From Elusimicrobia bacterium HGW-Elusimicrobia-1 (GTDB lineage: Bacteria; Elusimicrobiota; Endomicrobiia; PHAN01): a DNA stretch of 64,000 nucleotides. The stretch is taken from NCBI GenBank assembly GCA_002841695.1, contig PHAN01000016.1:4024-68023 (forward strand), written 5' to 3'. The position numbers were made by a program, and so were the translations under genes. Below the pieces are notes generated by a model, which did not search any database, was not told the DNA's origin, and saw only the letters and a list, made by a program, of their open reading frames with translations. The stretch's first letter is position 1. Each line of letters opens with the position of its first letter. This document shows, one piece after another, positions 1-8,400 of the stretch.

Positions 1-51
1 TTTTGAATAATAAAACTTAATTCACGCGTCAATAAAGGCATTGGAGAAATC

Positions 52-1509
52 ATGGACAGAAACCTCGTTGAAAAAGTCACAAAACAAGTTATCGCCGACT
101 ACAGCCGCAAGTCCTCGTCGCCGCGAAAGATTATGGCGGTTTTTATGGGCGGAGACCGTAATCTCGACGATGCGCTGTCGGCCGTTCGCGAAATAGCCCG
201 CGCGGGCAACGAAACCAAAATCCTGATAACCCGCTCCGCCGCCTCCGTGATAGGCGTTGACAGAATCAAAAATACTACCGGCGTTTCCGACGTGATAATC
301 GACGACGGCAAACAGAATTCCGTGGCGCTTTCGTCGTGGCCGGATGCTCTGGTTATAGCCACCCTCACTCTGAACGGTCTTTCCAAAATAGCCAATCTCA
401 TAACCGACACGCTTCACTCCAATATCGTCGTAGGATGTCTTGAAAGACAAGTGCCGGTTATCGCCGCGCGCGACGCGGTTTTCTGCTCCTGCCATCCGGA
501 GCCGTCTTCCGCGAGCGGCCTGGCCAGAAAAGTCGAGTCGATGGTTTACGATCTCAAAAATATGGGCGTAACGGTGACCACCGCCAAAAATCTCGCCCGC
601 GATACGTCCTCGGCGACGGGCGCCCCAATCAAAAAAATTGAAGTTACCGTCGGAACGGCGGGAAAAGTGTTTTCGTACACGCCGCCCGCGGCCGTTGGCC
701 CGGCCGATAATTGTCCTGCTTTTAAGGATGGCGCGGACTGCGCTTCCTGCGGTAAGTGCATTGAGAAAAAACCCGGTTCCGTCGGCGCGGTAATATCGGC
801 CGGCGCCGACCGCGTAAGCGCCAGTGCGGGTACGCTTGCCCCCGGAAAACTCGCCAATTACATCGACCATACTCTCTTGAAAGCCAACGCCACTCAGGAA
901 GAAATCGGCAAACTCTGCGAAGAAGCCGCCAAATATAAGTTCGTTTCCGTTTGCGTGAACCCCGCCTACGTGGCGATGTCCGCGCAGCTTTTGCGCGGCT
1001 CCGGCGTTAAGGTGTGCACGGTAATAGGATTTCCTCTGGGAGCCACAACGCCCACGGTAAAAGCCATCGAGGCCAGAGACGCCATAGCCAACGGAGCCGA
1101 CGAGATAGATATGGTCATAAACGTCGGAGCCCTTAAAAGCGGAAACCATCAGTTGGTTCTTGAAGATATAAAAGCGGTGCGCGAAGCGACGCGCGGCAAA
1201 ATACTCAAAGTCATTCTTGAAACCGCGTATCTCACGCGCGAAGAAAAAATCAAGGCCTGCGAATTATCCAAAGCGGCCGCCGCGGATTTTGTTAAAACTT
1301 CCACCGGCTTCGGCCCGTCGGGCGCGACCGCCGAGGATATAAAACTTATGCGCGACACCGTCGGGCCGTCGATGGGCGTAAAGGCCTCGGGCGGTATTCG
1401 TTCCACCGCCGACGCGACGGCAATGGTCGCCGCGGGCGCCACGCGCATAGGCGCCTCCGCCAGCGTGGCCATAGTGATGGGCAAAGACGCCGGCGCGGGA
1501 AAATATTAA
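52..1509 (+). CDS. deoC: Fusion protein: N-terminal amphipathic helix plus linker, RpiB/LacAB-like Rossmann domain, Cys-rich linker, deoxyribose-phosphate aldolase (DeoC) domain
   Basis: C-terminal ~220 aa carry class I DeoC hallmarks ([47 protein letters not shown]). N-terminal ~150 aa ([43 protein letters not shown]) resemble the RpiB/LacAB (or flavoprotein-like) fold but are degenerate. The linker contains [16 protein letters not shown]. Residues 4-16 ([13 protein letters not shown]) followed by SRKSSSPRK look like a BMC encapsulation peptide. ATG 52 is preceded by GGAGAAATC. Confidence 0.8.
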   Translation: MDRNLVEKVTKQVIADYSRKSSSPRKIMAVFMGGDRNLDDALSAVREIARAGNETKILITRSAASVIGVDRIKNTTGVSDVIIDDGKQNSVALSSWPDALVIATLTLNGLSKIANLITDTLHSNIVVGCLERQVPVIAARDAVFCSCHPEPSSASGLARKVESMVYDLKNMGVTVTTAKNLARDTSSATGAPIKKIEVTVGTAGKVFSYTPPAAVGPADNCPAFKDGADCASCGKCIEKKPGSVGAVISAGADRVSASAGTLAPGKLANYIDHTLLKANATQEEIGKLCEEAAKYKFVSVCVNPAYVAMSAQLLRGSGVKVCTVIGFPLGATTPTVKAIEARDAIANGADEIDMVINVGALKSGNHQLVLEDIKAVREATRGKILKVILETAYLTREEKIKACELSKAAAADFVKTSTGFGPSGATAEDIKLMRDTVGPSMGVKASGGIRSTADATAMVAAGATRIGASASVAIVMGKDAGAGKY

Positions 1510-1513
1510 AAGC

Positions 1514-1598
1514 AGTGGCGAGTGGCTAGTGATTAGTGGATAGTAAAGTCAAGAAGTTTTTCTAGCCACTAGCCACTAATCACTAGTCACTAACCACC
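1514..1598. repeat. Inverted element built from tandem heptads (AGTGGNN x4.5 on the left arm, CTARYCA x5 on the right arm) between deoC-fusion stop and BMC-H start
   Basis: Read directly: agtggcg agtggct agtgatt agtggat agt ... ctagcca ctagcca ctaatca ctagtca ctaacca. The arms are roughly reverse-complementary. Related copies occur at 17542-17587, 34186-34219 and 34326-34362. Confidence 0.7.
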
Positions 1599-1613
1599 AT
1601 GGAGGTCGTAAAA

Positions 1614-1895
1614 ATGTCGGAAATCAAAGAAGCGTTGGGTATGATTGAAACCAGAGGGCTCATCGGAATGATTGAGGCCTCTGATGCCATGGTCAAAGCC
1701 GCCAAAGTCCGTCTCGTCGGATATGAAAAGATCGGCGCCGGATTGGTCACCTCTATGGTCAGAGGAGAGGTCGGAGCCGTTCGCGCCGCCGTGGAAGCCG
1801 GAGCCGCCGCCGCCCAGAAAGTCGGCGAACTCGTAAGCGTTCACGTGATACCGCGTCCGCACGAAGACGTTGAAAAAATAATCCCCAACAAATAA
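1614..1895 (+). CDS. Bacterial microcompartment shell protein, BMC-H (PduA/EutM/CcmK family, Pfam00936)
   Basis: Near-canonical BMC-H sequence: [91 protein letters not shown] lies 8 nt upstream of ATG 1614. The ORF track start at 1599 is an in-frame alternative. Confidence 0.92.
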   Translation: MSEIKEALGMIETRGLIGMIEASDAMVKAAKVRLVGYEKIGAGLVTSMVRGEVGAVRAAVEAGAAAAQKVGELVSVHVIPRPHEDVEKIIPNK

Positions 1896-1971
1896 ACTTA
1901 CCGCATCGGCGAATGTCCGGCCGCCGTCCGCGTGTCGGCCGGCATCCTTGCGTTCCGGCGGTTTTTCGTAA

Positions 1972-2286
1972 ATGGATAAAAACGACATAGTCGACGTCGT
2001 GGCGGCCGTTCTTTCGTCCGCCCCCGCCCGCTCTTCCGGCGGCGAGCGGCCCGTTACGCCGTTTGGCGAGGCGGCCTCGCGGACGTATAAGTCCGGTGTT
2101 TACGCGTCAGGGTATCTGAAGCCGTTTACGGCGCTCAAAAGCGGTCGGCCTTTTCTGAGCGAGTACGACGTAAAGACAATGCTGAGTTCCAATCCGCGCG
2201 AAATAACGGTTCCCAAAAACGCCATTATCAGTCCGCTTGCCGAAGATCTTATACAGGAGAAAAACGTAAAAATCAATTATGTATGA
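1972..2286 (+). CDS. Hypothetical 104-aa protein with N-terminal encapsulation-peptide-like helix (DIVDVVAAVLSS) plus low-complexity linker; translationally coupled to pilT
   Basis: ORF with an amphipathic N-terminal helix followed by a Pro/Ser/Gly linker (APARSSGGERP). Its stop overlaps the pilT start (ATGTATGA at 2279-2286). No family recognised. Confidence 0.45.
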   Translation: MDKNDIVDVVAAVLSSAPARSSGGERPVTPFGEAASRTYKSGVYASGYLKPFTALKSGRPFLSEYDVKTMLSSNPREITVPKNAIISPLAEDLIQEKNVKINYV

Positions 2287-3355
2287 CGTAAAAAAACTTC
2301 TTGGCGCGATGATCCGCAACAACATATCGGACATCCATCTTAAATCTGATTCCGCGCCCTTAGTAAGAGTCAACGGAGAGCTTGTCACCGCGTCCGAGGA
2401 AAAGATAACGGCTGAAACGATGAAAACAATCGTTGAATCGGTGCTTTTGCCCGATCAGGCCGAGAAGTTTCGCAGGGATTGCGACATAGATTTTGCATAC
2501 TCCGTCGAAGGTCTTTCGCGGTTCCGCGTCAATATGAGCATGGAAAGGGGTAATCCGTCCATTGTTCTTCGAGTTATTCCGACGGAAGTAAAAACCTTTG
2601 AGGAACTCAACCTCCCCGACGAAGCATTCAGAAAACTCGCCAACGAATCCCGCGGGCTCATACTGATAGCGGGAATAACCGGCTCCGGAAAAACAACCAC
2701 TCTCAACGCCATTATCAATCACATCAACGAAAATACGCGCGCGAAGATCGTTACCATAGAAGATCCTATCGAGTATTATCATTTCGACAAAAAATCGTCG
2801 ATCTCGCAGCGCGAAATCGGCCGCGACGCCAAATCGTTTGAGAGCGCGCTGAAATATTCTCTCAGACAGGACCCCGATATCATAGTGCTGGGCGAACTCA
2901 GAGATTCCGAGTCGATGAAAGCCGCCATACTGGCCGCCGAGACCGGGCATCTGGTGCTTTCCACCATCCACACCATAGATACTTCTCAGACGATAGACCG
3001 CATCATCAGTTCTTACCCTCCGCATCTTCAGTCGGGCGTATGCGCCCAACTCGCCTATGTGGTCAAGGGGATAGTGGCACAGCGTCTGGTGCCTTCCAAA
3101 GATTGCTCCGCGCAATACCCCATTTGCGAGATACTTATAGGCACGTCGCTTATAAAAAATATCATCGCGGAGAAAAAGCTCGGCGATATAGCCAAGGCGC
3201 TTGAACAGGGCTCTTTTTACGGTATGCGCACGTTCGACCAGGATATATACAAGCTTTTTACCGAAGGTAAGATTTCGTCGGAAACCGCGTTTGAAAACGC
3301 CACTAACGTAGACGATCTGTCTTTGCGGCTAAAGGGTATAGAGCGAACCTCATAA
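2279..3355 (+). CDS. pilT: PilT-family type IV pilus retraction (twitching motility) ATPase
   Basis: Walker A GITGSGKTT, Asp box, Walker B DIIVLGELRD and His box TIHT are all present. Length 358 aa. N-terminus matches PilT-type (ISDIHLKSDSAPLVRVNGEL). Confidence 0.85.
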   Translation: MYDVKKLLGAMIRNNISDIHLKSDSAPLVRVNGELVTASEEKITAETMKTIVESVLLPDQAEKFRRDCDIDFAYSVEGLSRFRVNMSMERGNPSIVLRVIPTEVKTFEELNLPDEAFRKLANESRGLILIAGITGSGKTTTLNAIINHINENTRAKIVTIEDPIEYYHFDKKSSISQREIGRDAKSFESALKYSLRQDPDIIVLGELRDSESMKAAILAAETGHLVLSTIHTIDTSQTIDRIISSYPPHLQSGVCAQLAYVVKGIVAQRLVPSKDCSAQYPICEILIGTSLIKNIIAEKKLGDIAKALEQGSFYGMRTFDQDIYKLFTEGKISSETAFENATNVDDLSLRLKGIERTS

Positions 3356-3409
3356 AGGGACTTGCCTCCGCCCGCAGAGCCGACATCCGCAGTTGAAAGT
3401 CCGCGATCA

Positions 3410-5275
3410 ATGCTCAAAAAATGGGAATTTATCAGGCAGCCGGCGGAAAAAGATTCATCGCGCTGGCGTCTAAAACTCAAAATCGCCGAGGATGACGTCG
3501 ACAAAATCCTGGGCGAGCTGCCGGGCAATAAGGGAAGGCCGTTTCTGGTCGAGGACGGCGTCTTTGATTTCGGCGCGTATTTTTACAATCTCACGCAAAA
3601 CGACCACGCGGCCATAGCCGAAATACTCAAAAAGAAGTCGCCCGACGGCAAATGCGGCGGTTTTAACGAAGAAACCGAGGACGTTTTCGCTTCTCTGGCC
3701 GCCAAAATCGACGAATCCGCCCGCCTATCGCCGGTTTCTCAGGAATCCGCCAATCGTCCCGCGCCTCCTGCCGCGCCGCCATCCGGCCCACGCAACGGTC
3801 ATCACAACGGTAATAACGTCCCTGCTTCGCAGGCGGGCGCGGATGCTGCGGTCTCGCCGCAGGAAACTTATTCCGGCGCATTTCTCGTGGAGGATATGCC
3901 GCTTAATCCGGAGTATATTTTCGAGCAGTTTGTCGTGGGTTCCAATAATCGCTTTACCCACGCCGCCGCGCTCGCCGTGGCCAAGGCGCCCGGTAAAACT
4001 TACAATCCTTTCTTCATACACGGCGGCGTCGGCCTGGGTAAAACCCATTTGATGCAGTCCATCGGGCATTACGTCAAAAAAAACTTTCCGGATTTGAAGG
4101 TCCTCTATGTCACCACGGAGAAGTTCGTAGGCGACGTCATCGACGCCATAAGCCACGGCGAAAACAACGCTCTGAGGAACTTTTATAAAACCATCGACGT
4201 GCTTCTGGTCGACGATATACAGTCGCTGTCGCAATCCGAATCCATGCAGGACGAATTCTTTCATATTTTCAACCTGTTGCATCAGAATAAAAAACAGATA
4301 GTCATAACCTGCGACCGCCCGCCGAAACTTCTTAATATTCTGGAAGATCGGCTTCGCTCCCGTTTCGAGTGGGGGCTTATTGCCGATATGAAATCTCCCA
4401 CACTGGAAACAAGGGTCGCGATACTTAAGAAAAAAGAAGAAGCCGAGCATCTGGAACTCGACGATAATATACTGCTTTACATCGCTTCCAAGTTGAAATC
4501 CAATATAAGAGAACTCGAAGGTTTCCTGAAAAGAATAACCGCGTATTCCACGCTGACTAAGCAGGAAATCAATATTGCCCTGATAAAAACGCTTATGGCG
4601 GAACTTCTGCCCGGCGAGGAGAATCCGGATATTACCATGGCCGCCGAACAGGCAGCCAAGTCGCCTGTGCCGCAAATGCCGCCGCAGACAATTCCGAGTC
4701 AAAAAATACCCGAACACGATTCGCCCGAGCCGGAGCGTCCGTCTATGGATTCGCTTAGCGAGGCGGACATCAAAATAGTCCCCAAAGGCGTCCAATTTTC
4801 GCCCTCGCCGGCGCACACGATACCGCAGCCGGTTCATCAGCAGCCGTCCGTTCACGCCGCCGCGCACGCGTCATTGGATCCGACACTGCGTCCGGTTGAT
4901 GTGGTGTTCTTTTTTCCGTCGGGGAAAGAGAATGAACTGGCGAAAATAAAAGACAAGTTCGCCGAGGTCATCAAAAAACACAAACTCAAATTTCAACTCG
5001 TTTCCGTATTTGACAAACCATACGAAAATAAGGGCAAGATAAATTACGCCATGTTTACCGAACTCTGCAAGACAAACAAGGTCGGCATCTCCGTGGTGCT
5101 TGCGCCCCCGCCGGATGCGGGCATTCGGGAAGAGGATTTTGTCAATATTCTGGGAGCGATGATGAGCGATGAAAAAATATCTCTTCAACTGGTTCCGTGG
5201 AACGAGATAAACAAGGACTACCGCTATCTCAATCTGGCGTTGGATATAACACTTTCCGGCGCCGACGGCAAGTGA
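3410..5275 (+). CDS. DnaA-like AAA+ protein: DnaA domain III (including the RFEWGL signature) with non-DnaA N-terminal region and a ~230-aa C-terminal extension replacing DNA-binding domain IV
   Basis: NPFFIHGGVGLGKTHLMQSIG (Walker A), VLLVDDIQ (Walker B), RSRFEWGLIADMKSP (DnaA box VII) and ITCDRPP match DnaA domain III. No HTH domain IV sequence is present in any frame. The tail contains a Pro-rich linker and a distinct ~120-aa domain (VVFFFPSGKENELAKIKDKF...). An alternative TTG start exists at 3362. Confidence 0.7.
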   Translation: MLKKWEFIRQPAEKDSSRWRLKLKIAEDDVDKILGELPGNKGRPFLVEDGVFDFGAYFYNLTQNDHAAIAEILKKKSPDGKCGGFNEETEDVFASLAAKIDESARLSPVSQESANRPAPPAAPPSGPRNGHHNGNNVPASQAGADAAVSPQETYSGAFLVEDMPLNPEYIFEQFVVGSNNRFTHAAALAVAKAPGKTYNPFFIHGGVGLGKTHLMQSIGHYVKKNFPDLKVLYVTTEKFVGDVIDAISHGENNALRNFYKTIDVLLVDDIQSLSQSESMQDEFFHIFNLLHQNKKQIVITCDRPPKLLNILEDRLRSRFEWGLIADMKSPTLETRVAILKKKEEAEHLELDDNILLYIASKLKSNIRELEGFLKRITAYSTLTKQEINIALIKTLMAELLPGEENPDITMAAEQAAKSPVPQMPPQTIPSQKIPEHDSPEPERPSMDSLSEADIKIVPKGVQFSPSPAHTIPQPVHQQPSVHAAAHASLDPTLRPVDVVFFFPSGKENELAKIKDKFAEVIKKHKLKFQLVSVFDKPYENKGKINYAMFTELCKTNKVGISVVLAPPPDAGIREEDFVNILGAMMSDEKISLQLVPWNEINKDYRYLNLALDITLSGADGK

Positions 5276-5285
5276 CGCCTCGACG

Positions 5286-6941
5286 ATGAAAAAAACGGGA
5301 TTTTTGCACTCTCTGATTCTTTTTGCTTTCGCCGTGCTGTGGGTCGGCGGCGGTTTGTGGATTACGGTCTGCGCTACGCGTTCCTATGCGGCCGCGCGCG
5401 CCGTATCGGCGGCGAAGTCGGCAGTTTCTTCAGGGACGTCGCGCGGCATATATGAGCATTTCGCATCGGAGAAGACACTGGTCAAGATCGGACGCGTATC
5501 CGCCAAAACGGGCGCGATAGAGAAGCCCGTGACAAAGACCTCGCGTATGCCGGTGGAGTTTTTCTCCGCGGAGTTCGAGGCAGGGGGGGAATATTACAGA
5601 ATGTGGTATGCGGCGGCGTTTTATCTGGATTCGCTCAAGCATAAGATGACGCCGGTGGCAATCGGTTGGGTAGTGTGGCTGTTCGCGGGACTTTTTGCGG
5701 CGCACTGGCTCAACAGAAAACTTTTATTCGATCCATTGGATGCCCTCTCGTCGATCGAATCCTCGCCCGCCAGAATTCCCAAGGCCATCGAGGCCGCCGC
5801 AAGGGCGGTTTTCGACGCGCGATCCCATCTGGCGCTTCATTCGGTGCACTCTTCCGTGTTGCTGCAGGCCGCCAAATCCATATCTTCGCACGTGGACCTC
5901 AATCACGCCGTCTCGCGCATACTCGACATAGTTGTGGAGAAATTCCCCGACACTTCCTGCTCCGTGACGTTTCTCGACGATGACGGTTTCATAAGAATAA
6001 AAAACACCCGCGGGCTTTCCGCCGAGTTTATCAAAAAAATCAAGCTTCGCCGGGGAGAGGGTTTTGCGGGGGAATGCGTTGAAACCAAAAAAACCATAGT
6101 GGTACAGGATACCGATAAGACGTCGAATGCGGCCACCGATAAATTTGTCGCCGGTGAAAACATCAAATCGTTCGTCCACGTTCCCATAGTCGTCGAAAAT
6201 CGCGCCATCGGGACATTCAATATCAACTCGTACAAGAAGGACTATTTTACCCGCGACATTCTCAGCGTGGCCGCCACGCTCAGCGAATATCTGTCCGTGG
6301 CCGTTTCCAACGCCAAACTCTACGAACGTCTGCGAGATTTCAACCGGCGTCTGGAATCGGAAGTGTCCTACACCACCAGCGAATTGCTCAAGACCAACGC
6401 GAAACTGGTGCGTAAAATCAGAACGATGAAGAGCGCCATGGAAATCTTCGGCTATTTTGAATCCGAATCCCCGTCGACCGAAATATTGACGAAAGTATTT
6501 ACCAAAATCCGCGACGTTGTCGGCGCCGATTTTATAGCGTTTGTCACTTGCGACGCGGCTTGCGGACGGTTTAGGCCGCTTTTCAGGGTATCGGGTCTCG
6601 GCGATAACGAAACCGCTTTCGGCCGGACGGAATATGCGCCCGCCGAAGTCCCGCCCGCCGCCGAAGCTTTGGCGTCCGGCCGGCCCGTCATCAAAAATTC
6701 CCCGACGTCCGACGCTAAATGGAAGATAGTTCCGGAAGGCGTATTCATCAAAACGTCGGCGGTTTTTCCCGTTTTTGCCGGAGGAACCGCCGCGGGAGCC
6801 ATAATACTGGCAAATAAAATCGGCGAAGGTTTCGACGACGCCGACGCGGAATTCGCAGTTATGGCGGCTTCCCGTCTGGGCGTTTATATACACTGCGAGT
6901 ACCACTGTCACAAAAAAACGCCCGTTGCGGCGAAAAAATAA
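5286..6941 (+). CDS. Membrane-anchored tandem GAF-domain protein (no recognisable output domain)
   Basis: N-terminal TM helices (LILFAFAVLWVGGGLWITV, VVWLFAGLFAAHWL). The first GAF domain matches typical GAF sequence (...GEGFAGECVETKKTIVVQDTDK...IGTFNINS) and is followed by a second GAF-like region. Confidence 0.6.
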   Translation: MKKTGFLHSLILFAFAVLWVGGGLWITVCATRSYAAARAVSAAKSAVSSGTSRGIYEHFASEKTLVKIGRVSAKTGAIEKPVTKTSRMPVEFFSAEFEAGGEYYRMWYAAAFYLDSLKHKMTPVAIGWVVWLFAGLFAAHWLNRKLLFDPLDALSSIESSPARIPKAIEAAARAVFDARSHLALHSVHSSVLLQAAKSISSHVDLNHAVSRILDIVVEKFPDTSCSVTFLDDDGFIRIKNTRGLSAEFIKKIKLRRGEGFAGECVETKKTIVVQDTDKTSNAATDKFVAGENIKSFVHVPIVVENRAIGTFNINSYKKDYFTRDILSVAATLSEYLSVAVSNAKLYERLRDFNRRLESEVSYTTSELLKTNAKLVRKIRTMKSAMEIFGYFESESPSTEILTKVFTKIRDVVGADFIAFVTCDAACGRFRPLFRVSGLGDNETAFGRTEYAPAEVPPAAEALASGRPVIKNSPTSDAKWKIVPEGVFIKTSAVFPVFAGGTAAGAIILANKIGEGFDDADAEFAVMAASRLGVYIHCEYHCHKKTPVAAKK

Positions 6942-6999
6942 TAATGCCTTGTCGATCCGGCCTCGCGCCGGCGGCGGCAAAAAACACGGAGGTTTTACA

Positions 7000-8178
7000 A
7001 TGCAAATCAGATTAGCCGACAGATTGTCGCGGCTCGGCACCGAAACAGCGTTTGAAGTCCTGGCCAAAGCGAAAGCGCTCGAGGCCAAGGGCAAGGAAAT
7101 GGTGCATCTTGAAATCGGCGAGCCGGATTTCGATACTCCTAAAAATATCCGCGACGCCGCCAAGAAAGCCATCGACGACGGATGGACGCATTACGGGCCG
7201 TCGGCCGGGCTTCCGGAACACCGCGCGGCGATAGCCGAATATATCTCAAAAACCCGCGGCATAAAAGTGCTCCCGGAGGAAGTGGTGGTTACACCCGGCG
7301 CCAAACCCATAATCTTCTACACTATGCTCACGGTGTTGAAACCCCGCGACGAGGTTATCTATCCTAACCCGGGTTTTCCGATATACGAGTCGATGATAAA
7401 ATTCGTCAGCGGCATACCCGTGCCCATTCCCCTGCGCGAAGAAAACGACTTTAACTTCGACATAAAAGAATTCAAAAAACTGGTTACGCCCAACACCAAG
7501 GTCATAATACTCAACTCGCCTCAGAACCCCACGGGCGGAGTTCTTCCCAGAAAAGTTCTCGAGGAGATAGCCGATATAGTTCTTCAGCGCGACGACATCG
7601 TCGTTCTTTCCGACGAGGTTTACTCCCGTATGCTCTACGACGGACAGGAACATTTTTCCATTGCGTCCATACCCGGAATGAAGGACCGCACGATAATAAT
7701 CGACGGATATTCCAAAACCTACGCGATGACGGGCTGGCGCGCGGGTTACGGCGTTATGAACAAGGAATACGCCGGCTGGATGACTAAACTTATGACCAAC
7801 TCCAATTCCTGCACGGCTTCTTTCACGCAGATGGCCTGCATAGAGGCGTTGCGCGGCGACCAGAGCGAGGTCGACAAAATGGTTGCGGAGTTTGCCCGCC
7901 GCAGGGATGTTATGGTCGAAGGATTGAATAAAATCCCCGGCGTGAAATGCAAAAAACCCAAGGGAGCGTTTTACGTGTTCCCGAACTTCAGCGAATTCGG
8001 AATGAAGTCCAAAGAAATGGAAGAGTTCCTGCTGGAAGAGGCCGGCGTGGCCGCGCTTGCGGGAACATCCTTCGGAGATTACGGCGAGGGATACATACGT
8101 TTCTCTTACGCCAATTCCGTGGAGAACATCAAAAAGGCGCTTTCTAAAATAGAAACGGCCCTGAAGCGTCTCCGCTGA
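7000..8178 (+). CDS. Class I/II pyridoxal-phosphate aminotransferase (aspartate aminotransferase-like)
   Basis: AAT-like N-terminus (LSRLGTETAFEVLAKAKALEAKGKEMVHLEIGEPDFDTP). PLP-lysine region YSKTYAMTGWRAGY. GGAGG upstream of ATG 7000. Confidence 0.8.
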   Translation: MQIRLADRLSRLGTETAFEVLAKAKALEAKGKEMVHLEIGEPDFDTPKNIRDAAKKAIDDGWTHYGPSAGLPEHRAAIAEYISKTRGIKVLPEEVVVTPGAKPIIFYTMLTVLKPRDEVIYPNPGFPIYESMIKFVSGIPVPIPLREENDFNFDIKEFKKLVTPNTKVIILNSPQNPTGGVLPRKVLEEIADIVLQRDDIVVLSDEVYSRMLYDGQEHFSIASIPGMKDRTIIIDGYSKTYAMTGWRAGYGVMNKEYAGWMTKLMTNSNSCTASFTQMACIEALRGDQSEVDKMVAEFARRRDVMVEGLNKIPGVKCKKPKGAFYVFPNFSEFGMKSKEMEEFLLEEAGVAALAGTSFGDYGEGYIRFSYANSVENIKKALSKIETALKRLR

Positions 8179-8400
8179 TAAAAAGCATTTGACATCTCGT
8201 CGATAATTTCGTAGAATGTTCGGCTTTCCCCGATAGCCGCCGGGTTGTAGTTCTTCCGGCGGTCCGACGAAAATATCCACGCTTTGCGGATGGGCGTCGC
8301 GGCGCCGCTTCAAATCGCTTTCCCGACACAGTCGTTCCACAATATCAAAAGGAGGTCGGAAACCCTTCCAAAGAAAAAGACGGGGCTTCCGGTAATAACT

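Noticed and set aside
52-520. Initial reading of the deoC-fusion N-terminal domain as a CoaC-type flavoprotein
   Set aside because: Both flavoprotein and RpiB/LacAB folds fit the hydrophobic pattern. The GIGMSIAANK-like segment ([10 protein letters not shown]) and the known presence of RpiB in SPU-type BMC loci make an RpiB-like origin more coherent. This is left explicitly uncertain rather than called a flavoprotein.
22-1149. Long minus-strand ORFs throughout the window (for example 22-1149, 3725-4867, 5724-7172, 7246-8340, 10852-12177, 17592-18512, 27931-30006, 46032-47021, 53208-54113, 59829-60869)
   Set aside because: Each lies antisense to a confidently identified + strand gene. Their translations are Arg/Gly/Pro-rich low-complexity sequences typical of shadow ORFs in high-GC DNA. 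None shows a recognisable domain.
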